A stretch of 52,248 bases of DNA from a virus (taxonomy: Duplodnaviria; Caudoviricetes), in the IMG/VR virus record IMGVR_UViG_3300009420_001906, positions 1 through 52,248 of that record. The stretch is one strand, 5' to 3'. Below are positions 9,376-18,308 of the stretch, piece by piece. Each line of letters starts with the position of its first letter. The first letter of the stretch is position 1. The position numbers and the translations under genes were made by a program. A model generated the notes under the pieces. It saw nothing but the letters and a program-made list of their open reading frames with translations, searched no databases and was not told where the DNA came from.

Positions 9376-9559
9376 GTGTTTTTAACTTCTCTATGTAGAC
9401 AGTTGCGTCCATTAATTCTTCTTGAAGGTGTGTTAACCAATCAAGCGTTGATAGATCTGTTCGATCTAAGTTCGTTCCATACTTCTTCCATCCTACTTGC
9501 TCTCTCGATAACATCTTTTCGATAACAGCTTTAACCATTGAATCATTACTTGAGCTCAC
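9335..9559 (-). CDS. Small helical protein, possibly all-alpha NTP pyrophosphatase-like
   Basis: GWKKYG...DWLTHLQEELMDATVY (EExxD); function tentative. Confidence 0.5.
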   Translation of the reverse strand: MSSSNDSMVKAVIEKMLSREQVGWKKYGTNLDRTDLSTLDWLTHLQEELMDATVYIEKLKTHVKDLETLGQEPR

Positions 9560-10490
9560 ATTGCACCATTATTTCAGCTAGACATGCTGCCAAATTAACC
9601 TCTTGATCAGCCACAAAAGCGGCCTTATACTGATAATCAGCTAAGGTTAATACAAGTTGAGGAATTGAACCAGGTTTAAATAGGTTCGAGGATTGATCAT
9701 ATAACTTTCTAAATATTCTATTAGAATCGTTATGTATATTTTCAGCTACCCACTTGCGCACATTTGAATAGTTTTTACCTTTCATATGATCTACAAGTGA
9801 TTTAATAGATACTTCTGTTAAGTCAGCGAGTATACCAGAGTCAATTTTACCAACTGCAGAGTATCTCTGTAGTTCGTTTAATACTCTTCTCCAGTCTGGA
9901 AAATGCTTTTGAATAAAAGCAGCTACTGTTTTCTGATCGTACTCTATATTCTCTTTTTCAAGAATAGTCTGAACTCGTTTAAAGAAGTTCGCAGCTAGCT
10001 GAGGAGCTTCAGGTGACTTAATAGTAAAGTCTATAACTGAGCACCTACTATGTAACGGACTTATAATTCTATTCTTGAAGTTACAAGTAAGAATAAAGCC
10101 ACAGTTCTTAGAGAACTCTTCCATAAAATTACGGAGAGCTGGTTGAGTTGAGTTTGCATTTAGATAATCAGCTTCGTCAAGTATAACATACTTACGCCCA
10201 CCAGTGAATGAGACTGCAGATGCAAACTGCATTATCTCATTCCGGAGAGTATCTATATTACCATGCATTGAACCATTAATAATAATATGATCAGCGCCTA
10301 TTTCATCAAGCATCGCTCTCGCGACAGTAGTCTTACCTACACCAGGACCTCCTGATAGAATCAGGTTAGGTACATTGTCTTGATCAATAAACTGCTGAAA
10401 AGTATTTTTTAGTTCAGGCGGTAATATTGTATCTGATATTGTATGTGGGCGATATTTTTCCACCCACAGGAATTCTTCACGTTGTTGCAT
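9546..10490 (-). CDS. gp44: Clamp loader large subunit
   Basis: LWVEKYRP, GGPGVGKTT, ILDEAD, PLHSRC. Confidence 0.97.
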   Translation of the reverse strand: MQQREEFLWVEKYRPHTISDTILPPELKNTFQQFIDQDNVPNLILSGGPGVGKTTVARAMLDEIGADHIIINGSMHGNIDTLRNEIMQFASAVSFTGGRKYVILDEADYLNANSTQPALRNFMEEFSKNCGFILTCNFKNRIISPLHSRCSVIDFTIKSPEAPQLAANFFKRVQTILEKENIEYDQKTVAAFIQKHFPDWRRVLNELQRYSAVGKIDSGILADLTEVSIKSLVDHMKGKNYSNVRKWVAENIHNDSNRIFRKLYDQSSNLFKPGSIPQLVLTLADYQYKAAFVADQEVNLAACLAEIMVQCELK

Positions 10491-10505
10491 AATATATTTT
10501 TCACT

Positions 10506-11006
10506 TTAGATTTCTGTAAATTTGCTCAGCAGGTTTTCAGGCGTGCTTACTTCATAAGGGTCTTGATTATGATTATCATCAATATCATCTTCTGCATACA
10601 TTCCAGTAATGTTTCCATTATCTACAATCATTGCATATCTCCATGAGCGGACACCAAAACCAACGTTGTCTTTTGCAACATCCATTCTCATACCGGTCGT
10701 GAAATCACCTGACCCATCAGGTAACATTTTTACTTTTTCTATTCCCAAGCTTTCAGCCCAGGCGTTCATAACAAAAGAATCATTTACAGCTAAGCAATAG
10801 ATTTCATCTATGCCTACATGCTGGAATGATTCATAATGCTCTTCATATCCAGGTAACTGGAATGTTGAGCAAGTAGGTGTAAAGGCTCCTGGTAGAGCAA
10901 ATACAATTACTTTTTTGCCTCCAAAGATATCATAAGATGTCTTAGAGACCCACTCACCAGCTTCACGGATTTTAAAATCAACGGCTGGTACCATTTCGAT
11001 AGTCAT
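10506..11006 (-). CDS. Peroxiredoxin (Prx5/redoxin family)
   Basis: LPGAFTPTCS, VNDSFVMNAW, RSWRYAMIV. Confidence 0.93.
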   Translation of the reverse strand: MTIEMVPAVDFKIREAGEWVSKTSYDIFGGKKVIVFALPGAFTPTCSTFQLPGYEEHYESFQHVGIDEIYCLAVNDSFVMNAWAESLGIEKVKMLPDGSGDFTTGMRMDVAKDNVGFGVRSWRYAMIVDNGNITGMYAEDDIDDNHNQDPYEVSTPENLLSKFTEI

Positions 11007-11007
11007 A

Positions 11008-11688
11008 CTATCCTCCTTTTACAAAATTACTACTGACTTCAGTAGCCACCCAATACGTCATTTTAGGACCTGCAGTATTCATAGATGTGAACTTTGCAAT
11101 GCCTTGATTACTTATTTGTAACAAATAACTTAGGTTCATTAACTTAAGATTCTCTACTCTAAATATAAAAGTAAATTCATCTTCAGTTGTACCGACAGCT
11201 GATGCATAAACATCTGCAGTTGGATTCTTGCTATCAATTGCTGATAGATTTATCTCACCATTCGAGCCTACAACGGCTATCTCAGGCAGTCCCATTACGG
11301 CTGCAGCTTTCAATACTTGGCTTAATTCACTCCAAGGTATCTCAACATTAACTTCTGCTTCTGGGAATTGGATTTCTTTCTCAGGTGGGACAATAATCAT
11401 TTGCGGATCAGCGAAGGTATAGTTAATCTTCTTACGATCTTTCTGTACTGTAACATTCTTCTCACCAAAGTTTAGATCAGGCTCATCAAATAAGGAGAGC
11501 ACACCTAAGAATCTATTTAAGTCATAGACTGCTCCCTTTGATGGAAAGGTTTCATCAACCTCAGCTTTAGCCATTACAGTCTTTTGAGGACTAACAGTAG
11601 TAAGAACTGTTCCGGGTTTAAATTCAATTGAAGGATTAATCTGAGAGAAATTCTTCAAAACGTTTACTGTGTTTTCACTTAGTATCAT
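11008..11688 (-). CDS. gp45: Sliding clamp
   Basis: LKNFSQINPS, YDLNRFL, ENLKLM, YWVATE. Confidence 0.95.
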   Translation of the reverse strand: MILSENTVNVLKNFSQINPSIEFKPGTVLTTVSPQKTVMAKAEVDETFPSKGAVYDLNRFLGVLSLFDEPDLNFGEKNVTVQKDRKKINYTFADPQMIIVPPEKEIQFPEAEVNVEIPWSELSQVLKAAAVMGLPEIAVVGSNGEINLSAIDSKNPTADVYASAVGTTEDEFTFIFRVENLKLMNLSYLLQISNQGIAKFTSMNTAGPKMTYWVATEVSSNFVKGG

Positions 11689-11703
11689 AATATATTTACC
11701 TTT

Positions 11704-12735
11704 TTATTTCTTTTTCTTTTTTTGCTTAGAATGATCAGGCCCAGTAGCAACTGATTTCTTTTTCAGTTTACTTTCATCAGCGGTTGCACTAGCACCAATC
11801 GCTGCAAGGTCTGCTAATGAGCCGCCGAATACATAAGTACCAACATGCTGCAATTGCATCCAAGGACATAACCAGACTTGTAGCCCAATTTTCCTTGCCC
11901 ATTGACAGAACATATAATCTTCTGACAAATATCTATTAGAGTATTCTGACTCACCATCACCGCTTCCGGTTTTATCAGTCACGAATTCAATAATCTGTTC
12001 TTTAGTAGGTTCAGGGTTAGCTTTATAAAACTGCTCCATCTCATTACCCATATTGTTATACTTGTCATCAATAAGAGCATCAAAGTACGCCATAATTTCT
12101 CTTGAGCCATCAAATTCAGCTGTACGAACATGATCTGGCTTATACATCAATTGAGGATAAGCATCTCTATATTTCTCTAGAGTCTCTCTTCTTATCATCA
12201 TAAAGCCTGTACCACCTTCCATAACCTCTGCAGGCTCTTGAAGACTAATTTGGTTACCTGATTTAGGTACTGGATTAAATACATAATCACCAACAAACTT
12301 ACTCAGTACTTCAGCATCTTCATCTGCTACACCTTGATCTACGGCTTGCTTAACCTTCTCCCATGAAATACATTTCTTAGGATATGGACCACATAAGATA
12401 TCAAACGGATTGCCGTCATTAACACCTGGGTGACCATCTGACATAGCTAGTAAAGCTAATACATCATTAGCATCAAAGCCAATATCACTATCGATAAACA
12501 TTAAATGACTGCAATCAGATCTCATGAACTCATCTGTACAATAGTTACGTGCTCGAGTCACAAGAGACTCATTAAAGAGATAGTAAAATTTTAGCTCAAT
12601 GTTATGCGCTCTGAACAGCGCTGATAAATCGTTAGTTGACTTGCAAAACATGCCTGCGCATTGTCCACCATACATCGGAGCTGCAATAAACAGTTTCTTC
12701 TTTTGTAAGTCACTTATTTCAACTTTTAATTCCAT
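11704..12735 (-). CDS. GT-A fold glycosyltransferase-like protein
   Basis: PMYGG, ESLVTRARN, MFIDSDIGF (DxD), GTGFMMI, YLSEDYMFC. Confidence 0.75.
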   Translation of the reverse strand: MELKVEISDLQKKKLFIAAPMYGGQCAGMFCKSTNDLSALFRAHNIELKFYYLFNESLVTRARNYCTDEFMRSDCSHLMFIDSDIGFDANDVLALLAMSDGHPGVNDGNPFDILCGPYPKKCISWEKVKQAVDQGVADEDAEVLSKFVGDYVFNPVPKSGNQISLQEPAEVMEGGTGFMMIRRETLEKYRDAYPQLMYKPDHVRTAEFDGSREIMAYFDALIDDKYNNMGNEMEQFYKANPEPTKEQIIEFVTDKTGSGDGESEYSNRYLSEDYMFCQWARKIGLQVWLCPWMQLQHVGTYVFGGSLADLAAIGASATADESKLKKKSVATGPDHSKQKKKKK

Positions 12736-13178
12736 TACGCCTCAACCTTCTGCATTACCAGTTCACCAATATCTTGTCCAGGTTCAATGAATGCTTCTCC
12801 GCCATCTACTCTTAGTACACCTTCAATTAGTCCTTTATAACCAGCGCCAAATAGTGCACTTGATACACTCAATCCAGCTGCTACTAATTTTGAACTTGGT
12901 ACTAACCATGCAACGTGTCCTTTTGGTACTGTAAGATAGGCATCACTTGTAAAGGCATAAGTGCCTGGAAACATATGAGCTATTTCTCTGTTCTTTTCTG
13001 GGTCACCTGGATCAATCATCAACTGAATTTCATAAGTTTCTCTTTCGAGATTTGTTTCATCAGTTATGACAAAGGGATTGCCTTGATAGCCTCTAATTGA
13101 GGCCGCGTTTACTGGCACACTATATCCAGTTCCATCAGTATCTATTCCACTGACATATTGTTTAGGGTTCACTAACAT
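12735..13178 (-). CDS. Degenerate dUTPase-fold protein
   Basis: Collinear with the neighbouring dUTPase-like ORF (PSSKL..G, SALFGAGYKG, DIGEL) but catalytic residues are substituted. Confidence 0.6.
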   Translation of the reverse strand: MLVNPKQYVSGIDTDGTGYSVPVNAASIRGYQGNPFVITDETNLERETYEIQLMIDPGDPEKNREIAHMFPGTYAFTSDAYLTVPKGHVAWLVPSSKLVAAGLSVSSALFGAGYKGLIEGVLRVDGGEAFIEPGQDIGELVMQKVEA

Positions 13179-13181
13179 TTC

Positions 13182-13682
13182 TTACTCCTGTGCTTGATAT
13201 TTTTTATCATGGTCTTTGTTAAGGCCATAATCCCCATCATAGAGATGTAGACTTTCGGCTTTGAATAATAAGAATTGACCGATTCTTGTATTCACTTTCA
13301 CTTTAAATGGTCCTGACGTTACGTGCAACGCACCTGCCATCACTCCATTATACCCTGAGTCATAAAGACCTGAGGTTATATATACACCGTTACGGTTTAA
13401 AGTTGATCTTGTAATAACAAAACCAGCTTCTCCCTCGCCTACAGTAATAATATTCGACATTAATACTTCGTATGTTCCTACATCAAGTTCGAAGTACCCA
13501 TCCTTATTAGGTTGAATTTCAATAGAGCCTCTATGGACCTTCTGATCTTCATCTAATATGAACGGTAGATTTTTAATCATATAAACTTTGTCAAGACGTA
13601 AGTCAACCGCGTTAGGTTGAATGTCTTGTTTTTGTACGTTTGTTAATTGTGATAAGGATTTATCACTGGAGATATGTATCAT
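13182..13682 (-). CDS. Trimeric dUTPase/dCTP deaminase family protein
   Basis: QPNAVDLR, TRSTLNRNG, SGLYDSGYNG, RIGQF, YDGDYG. Confidence 0.85.
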   Translation of the reverse strand: MIHISSDKSLSQLTNVQKQDIQPNAVDLRLDKVYMIKNLPFILDEDQKVHRGSIEIQPNKDGYFELDVGTYEVLMSNIITVGEGEAGFVITRSTLNRNGVYITSGLYDSGYNGVMAGALHVTSGPFKVKVNTRIGQFLLFKAESLHLYDGDYGLNKDHDKKYQAQE

Positions 13683-13685
13683 AAT

Positions 13686-14312
13686 TTATCCAAAATAGTA
13701 TGGGTTATTTTTGGTTTTAAAGGTGCCTATTTCATCAAGGCTATTCTCTTCAAAATTCACTTTGTACATTGAATTCGGCTTTGTCTGAGACGACCCCTCG
13801 AATTTAGTACTACTTATATTTAGCTTACCATCAATAAACATTGGTGATATCTCATTACGAAAAAGGAATAATTCTCCTTCGCTATATCTTAGACAGCTAA
13901 ATGTGCCGTCTATGGCATCTAGTTGATTACCATCTCTAATCCAATCATGGACGAGACTAGTGTCCCAACTCTTAGAAGAGCTCAAAGCGACTTGTAAGTC
14001 CTTTATGCACTCTTCTTTTATAATACCGTTATGCCATAGTAGGTCTCTACCTCCAGCTCGCATGCTGGGATGGATAGAGTCTATGGCAGAGGCTGCGGTA
14101 GTCGGCGCCTGGATGTGTGCGACGTAATACATCCCAGCACTGAGCTCGATATCTTGCAGGCTGAAGGACCCCAGACATTTTCGCCTCGTGTTCATCGTGC
14201 GTGTCTTCAAATCATATTCACTAATAGAATATGAATGTTGACCTCTATAAGAATTTATTTCAACTAACTCTTCTAGCGTTTGTCGATTAAAGCTTCCTAT
14301 AATTGCACACAT
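13686..14312 (-). CDS. Class II (Ntn) glutamine amidotransferase
   Basis: N-terminal MCAIIG nucleophile, YRG..S, LWHNGII, WDT; adjacent to queC. Confidence 0.8.
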   Translation of the reverse strand: MCAIIGSFNRQTLEELVEINSYRGQHSYSISEYDLKTRTMNTRRKCLGSFSLQDIELSAGMYYVAHIQAPTTAASAIDSIHPSMRAGGRDLLWHNGIIKEECIKDLQVALSSSKSWDTSLVHDWIRDGNQLDAIDGTFSCLRYSEGELFLFRNEISPMFIDGKLNISSTKFEGSSQTKPNSMYKVNFEENSLDEIGTFKTKNNPYYFG

Positions 14313-14316
14313 ATAT

Positions 14317-15078
14317 TTATACTATTTCCGCTTGTGACTGCGCTGCGCTGAACGCATTATTAAGATAAGGTATCGGGTCAGTGACACCTGCTTTTATAAA
14401 GTTCATCATCCTCTCAGAACAAGTTGGGCATTTACCACAACTGACTCCATCGACAGGATCATAACATGAAATAGTATTAATTAATAGGTGCTCAGATTCC
14501 ATATCTAGTGCTAGAAGAATCTCATCCTTCTTAGATAGCTGACTAAACGGAGCCTCTATTTGAACCTTGAAGGTTCTATTTTGAGATGCTACAGCATTGA
14601 GACTGTCAACAAATTGCTGACTTGTATCCCAATAACCATACTCATCATGGACTTGAAGCCCAGTGAACACGTGACTAGCTCTTCTTACTTCTGCTAGACT
14701 CATAGTTAATGATAACATAATTAGGTTTCTAAATGGAACATATGTAGGTGGTTGAGGATCACCCAGCACGTCTTGGATGGTAGGCATCGCTACCTCCGTA
14801 CCACTAATGTTAGCTGATATAGGAGAAGCGATATCTCCAAGTATGCTTAAGTTAAGTATCTTATGTTTAATTCCTAACTTATTACAAAGTTCAAAAGCTT
14901 TCTCAAGTTCTACTCTTTGCTTCTGACCATAGTCATAGCTTACAGCAGACACTCTCTCCGCACCGTACTTCTTTACCAGTAGCATTGTCATTACTGATGA
15001 GTCAAGCCCACCTGATAACACAGCTAATACGTTCTGACTTGTGTCAGGTAAATTATCTAATGCTTGATTAAGATTCAT
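14317..15078 (-). CDS. queC: 7-cyano-7-deazaguanine synthase QueC
   Basis: SGGLDS PP-loop, YDYGQ, TYVPFRN, SCY...CGKCPTC zinc motif. Confidence 0.95.
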   Translation of the reverse strand: MNLNQALDNLPDTSQNVLAVLSGGLDSSVMTMLLVKKYGAERVSAVSYDYGQKQRVELEKAFELCNKLGIKHKILNLSILGDIASPISANISGTEVAMPTIQDVLGDPQPPTYVPFRNLIMLSLTMSLAEVRRASHVFTGLQVHDEYGYWDTSQQFVDSLNAVASQNRTFKVQIEAPFSQLSKKDEILLALDMESEHLLINTISCYDPVDGVSCGKCPTCSERMMNFIKAGVTDPIPYLNNAFSAAQSQAEIV

Positions 15079-15292
15079 TGATTGACTTAATCCCTAATAC
15101 ATAATTTTCTGCAGCGTTTTCAGCATATACTTCTGCCTTACCAATATAGATTTCATCTTTTAAAAATGCTCCTGATGGCCCATAGAATCTACATCCATGT
15201 TCTCCATCATTAGTTTTAAAGACTTCAACTCTAGCTCTGCCTTCGGTATGTTCCTGCATGTATTGACTCAGGACGGTTATATCATTTCTCAT
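15068..15292 (-). CDS. Hypothetical protein
   Basis: 74 aa ORF coupled to both neighbours, ending YAENAAENYVLG. Confidence 0.65.
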   Translation of the reverse strand: MRNDITVLSQYMQEHTEGRARVEVFKTNDGEHGCRFYGPSGAFLKDEIYIGKAEVYAENAAENYVLGIKSINES

Positions 15293-16224
15293 TATTGCCT
15301 CGCGGTTTTTCTGTGCGGTACGTCTGTATCAACTAAATCCATAGTTATACCGTCTATTAGTTCTTGACTAGTAGCTCTGATAGGATTAATATCAATGCCA
15401 CCTCTTCTTGTATATAGACAAGCTACTAATACTTCAGTATCATCGTCTAATATATCTACTAATCGTTTGTATATACACTCACATATTTCTTCATGAAAGT
15501 GATTCTCTTTTCTCATGCTTATAATATATCTCATAAGTGATTCAGGAGTTACACAATCCATACCTCTAATATGAATATATACATCGCCCCAATCGGGCTG
15601 GTTAGTAATTCTACAATTAGATCTTAGAGCGCTACTCGTGACTTGGAAAGGCATAAAGCCTAACTGAGGAGCATGTTCCAGAATATCTGGATCTTCTTCA
15701 TAGTTACTAAACTTTATATCTTCAATATCGACAAGTGATTCTAGTCTAACAAAATGACCTCTGATTGGAGCTCCAGGTAGTTCATTCTCTTCATCGTAAT
15801 GGAATGTAACGTCTACTTCTGTCTCTAAACAACTCTCAAGGTCGCCTTTAATTCTTTTTTCTAATGCTCTTATACCTGAGGTTAAAGTCTTACCTAATGT
15901 ATCCATATTAAATGAATTCATATACAACTTAAGACTCTTCGACTCAACTATGCATTCACTGTCAGCTGGATAAGCTAATTTAATAACACCACTAACAGGG
16001 AAGCCATTATTTAATAAGAAAGATACTTCATAGCAATTCCATACATCGAAACCAACAAACGGAAGCCTGTTTTCATCTATCTCATATTCTGTTCTATTAA
16101 GTATTCTTGGAACTGGTACAAGCAGGTCAGTCTGGATCTTAGTAGGAGTCACATATGGTTTAACAATGCTCCCGTCACCAGCCTTACCTAAGTGTTTGCT
16201 AACAATTTTATCTAATTCTTTCAT
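15292..16224 (-). CDS. queF: NADPH-dependent preQ0 reductase QueF (bimodular type)
   Basis: DVWNCYEVSFL, IVESKSLKLYMNS QueF motif, RSNCRITNQPDWG, FHEEICE, TRRGGIDINP. Confidence 0.95.
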   Translation of the reverse strand: MKELDKIVSKHLGKAGDGSIVKPYVTPTKIQTDLLVPVPRILNRTEYEIDENRLPFVGFDVWNCYEVSFLLNNGFPVSGVIKLAYPADSECIVESKSLKLYMNSFNMDTLGKTLTSGIRALEKRIKGDLESCLETEVDVTFHYDEENELPGAPIRGHFVRLESLVDIEDIKFSNYEEDPDILEHAPQLGFMPFQVTSSALRSNCRITNQPDWGDVYIHIRGMDCVTPESLMRYIISMRKENHFHEEICECIYKRLVDILDDDTEVLVACLYTRRGGIDINPIRATSQELIDGITMDLVDTDVPHRKTARQ

Positions 16225-16751
16225 CTACCTACAACCTTCAGTACTTGAGAGACTCTTTCTCTAACTGACCCTGAAACTGTAATATGTTCTCTAGGCAGCT
16301 CTTTAATAAAGCCTTCAAAGATATCGTTAATGTCATCTCTAAATTGTGGATCAATTGACCTAACGCCATCATCAATGATAGGAAACTCTGGACGTATATA
16401 AAAGATATAATCATAACTGTTAATTAGTTTCTCATATATAGAATAAACCTTTTCCAAAGTTGCTTGAGTTACTTTATTATGCTGATGCATCCATGTAGTA
16501 TATACTAGTCCATCTAATGCAGTACGATCAGTTAACATATCATCATACATGAATACGTTTGAGATATGCTTCTGCATAATTAATATTTGAGTTAAGTCAG
16601 ATCCCTGTTCATTGATATCAAATCCCATTTCTCTAATCTCTCTCGTCACTTCATCACACACTGTATATCCATCAAACCTTGGCTCGGATCTAAGTGCGTT
16701 TAACAAAGTCGTCTTCCCGACTGATTGCGCTCCTGTAATTCCTATTTTCAT
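16221..16751 (-). CDS. P-loop nucleotide kinase-like protein (NadR/AAA_28-like)
   Basis: GAQSVGKTT, TDRTALD, YDYIFY..P, DDGVR. Confidence 0.8.
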   Translation of the reverse strand: MKIGITGAQSVGKTTLLNALRSEPRFDGYTVCDEVTREIREMGFDINEQGSDLTQILIMQKHISNVFMYDDMLTDRTALDGLVYTTWMHQHNKVTQATLEKVYSIYEKLINSYDYIFYIRPEFPIIDDGVRSIDPQFRDDINDIFEGFIKELPREHITVSGSVRERVSQVLKVVGR

Positions 16752-17275
16752 ATATTCCTTTGCTTAATTAACATAGACCATAAATTAACTGCTATGTTTC
16801 TCAGTTCTTCAATTAACGATTCTAATGTATCATGATTCTTTATTTGGTAATCCATGAAGAGTTGAATCTCTCCAGTATCTACTCCAGTATCTACTCGATG
16901 TATAATAACACCAGTTGAGTCTAAACCAAGCTCTAAAGCTTTCTCTTGAGGATGTTTGCCTTTTAGCTCAGGATATTTAATAATATCTCCGGGATGAACA
17001 TTAAACATATTCTTAAGAATTGATTCTTCAGGAATGATTCTATTATATCCATGCAATGTAACAAGCGTGTCAGGTCTCTCTAATTTAATTCCATACAGCT
17101 CTTCATTAATATATTCTGCTGAGGTGAAGTCACCTATACGGTGTCCATTAGTAAGTCTCTTATCAATCTTTGATGCGTCTTTTTGATTTGTAAGTATAAC
17201 GTCAGGCCACATGCCTAACTTCTCACAAACAGATGCTAATTCTGATCCACTATAACTAAAGCAAGCTACCCACAT
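16748..17275 (-). CDS. PurN-like formyltransferase (DpdN-like candidate)
   Basis: LHGYNRII, FNVHPG, TGVIIHRV..GVDTGEI (N-H-D catalytic set); sits beside queF. Confidence 0.85.
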   Translation of the reverse strand: MWVACFSYSGSELASVCEKLGMWPDVILTNQKDASKIDKRLTNGHRIGDFTSAEYINEELYGIKLERPDTLVTLHGYNRIIPEESILKNMFNVHPGDIIKYPELKGKHPQEKALELGLDSTGVIIHRVDTGVDTGEIQLFMDYQIKNHDTLESLIEELRNIAVNLWSMLIKQRNI

Positions 17276-18066
17276 ACATTATCCTTAAACTTATGTATAT
17301 TATATACTATATCAGCTTCATTGTCAACTTTTTCTTCCATAAGCTCAAACAATTTTACTGACTCTTTATTTGCTAATCCAAATATACCATTAGCATCTAA
17401 ATCAGAATACTTAATACCTTTCATGCCATGCACTACTGGGTTGGATGTATCTAATGTATCTAGAAAAGGAAATCCTTCTCTATAGTATGCAAACTCTTGA
17501 GGAAGGCTGCAGCCTAATAAGTGATGTGGCTTCTTAGTATTAATAATCTGCTCATCTCTCATCTGTGTTATTAGTTGTTGTCTACCTTTCATCCAAGCAT
17601 GATACTTAGTTGGCTCATTAGGGAATTGTTTTTCATAGTAGCTATAATCAAAACTAATAGCAATAATATCAGCGCGCTTCTGCATATACTGATAGCATTC
17701 TATTATCTCATTATAATCTCTACCTTGAACAACACCAATTTTGAGCCCTGGTAAGGCACTATATCGTTCCAACCACGAACTAAAGTTCTCAATAGTTGTA
17801 GCTTTCTGTTCTAGTGCGTCGGGCACGATATAAGCAGAAGGAGTAAGCTTTGTTATCCACTCCGCATACTTAACCGCATCAAATGCCTCACCAAGTTCAA
17901 AAATCGAATTGTCTAAAATGACATAACGTCCTTTATCGACAGCTTGTTTAAAATAATCAAAGTAGTCAGGAAGCTCTTCAAATAGATGCACAAGAGCATA
18001 ATCATAGTCAGTCATTACTCCGACCTTGCGAATGATATTTAATGGTGCTTCGTGACTAATTCTCAT
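17266..18066 (-). CDS. Divergent TGT/DpdA-like TIM-barrel transglycosylase (DpdA3-like candidate)
   Basis: ILDNSIFELG, IVPD, GVVQG, HLLGC, LDTSNP map onto TGT-family motifs; located inside the que cluster. Confidence 0.7.
   Translation of the reverse strand: MRISHEAPLNIIRKVGVMTDYDYALVHLFEELPDYFDYFKQAVDKGRYVILDNSIFELGEAFDAVKYAEWITKLTPSAYIVPDALEQKATTIENFSSWLERYSALPGLKIGVVQGRDYNEIIECYQYMQKRADIIAISFDYSYYEKQFPNEPTKYHAWMKGRQQLITQMRDEQIINTKKPHHLLGCSLPQEFAYYREGFPFLDTLDTSNPVVHGMKGIKYSDLDANGIFGLANKESVKLFELMEEKVDNEADIVYNIHKFKDNVCG
17299..17327 (-). promoter_or_regulatory. Consensus sigma70 promoter upstream of the formyltransferase gene
   Basis: Perfect TTGACA-17bp-TATAAT embedded in the 3' end of the DpdA-like gene. 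Confidence 0.8.
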
Positions 18067-18308
18067 CTAAAATAATCCTCTACGACATCTAAAAGATCTT
18101 TATAATGAGCTACTTTGCCCATCTCATCTTCTATTGTCTGCATAATGTCAGGATGCTCTGCAACTCCGACTTGCTTTTGTAGCAACACTTCAACATTCAT
18201 AACTGCTTGTGAAATTCTTGCTGCAAAAAATTGCGAACTTACGTTTAATAATTCTTCTCTTAAATCTACGGGTGATAGCGATACGCCACTCTTTTCTTCT
18301 GTACTCAT
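18063..18308 (-). CDS. Hypothetical protein
   Basis: 81 aa, NVEVLL...VGVAEHPDI...IE.E; coupled to neighbours. Confidence 0.7.
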   Translation of the reverse strand: MSTEEKSGVSLSPVDLREELLNVSSQFFAARISQAVMNVEVLLQKQVGVAEHPDIMQTIEDEMGKVAHYKDLLDVVEDYFR

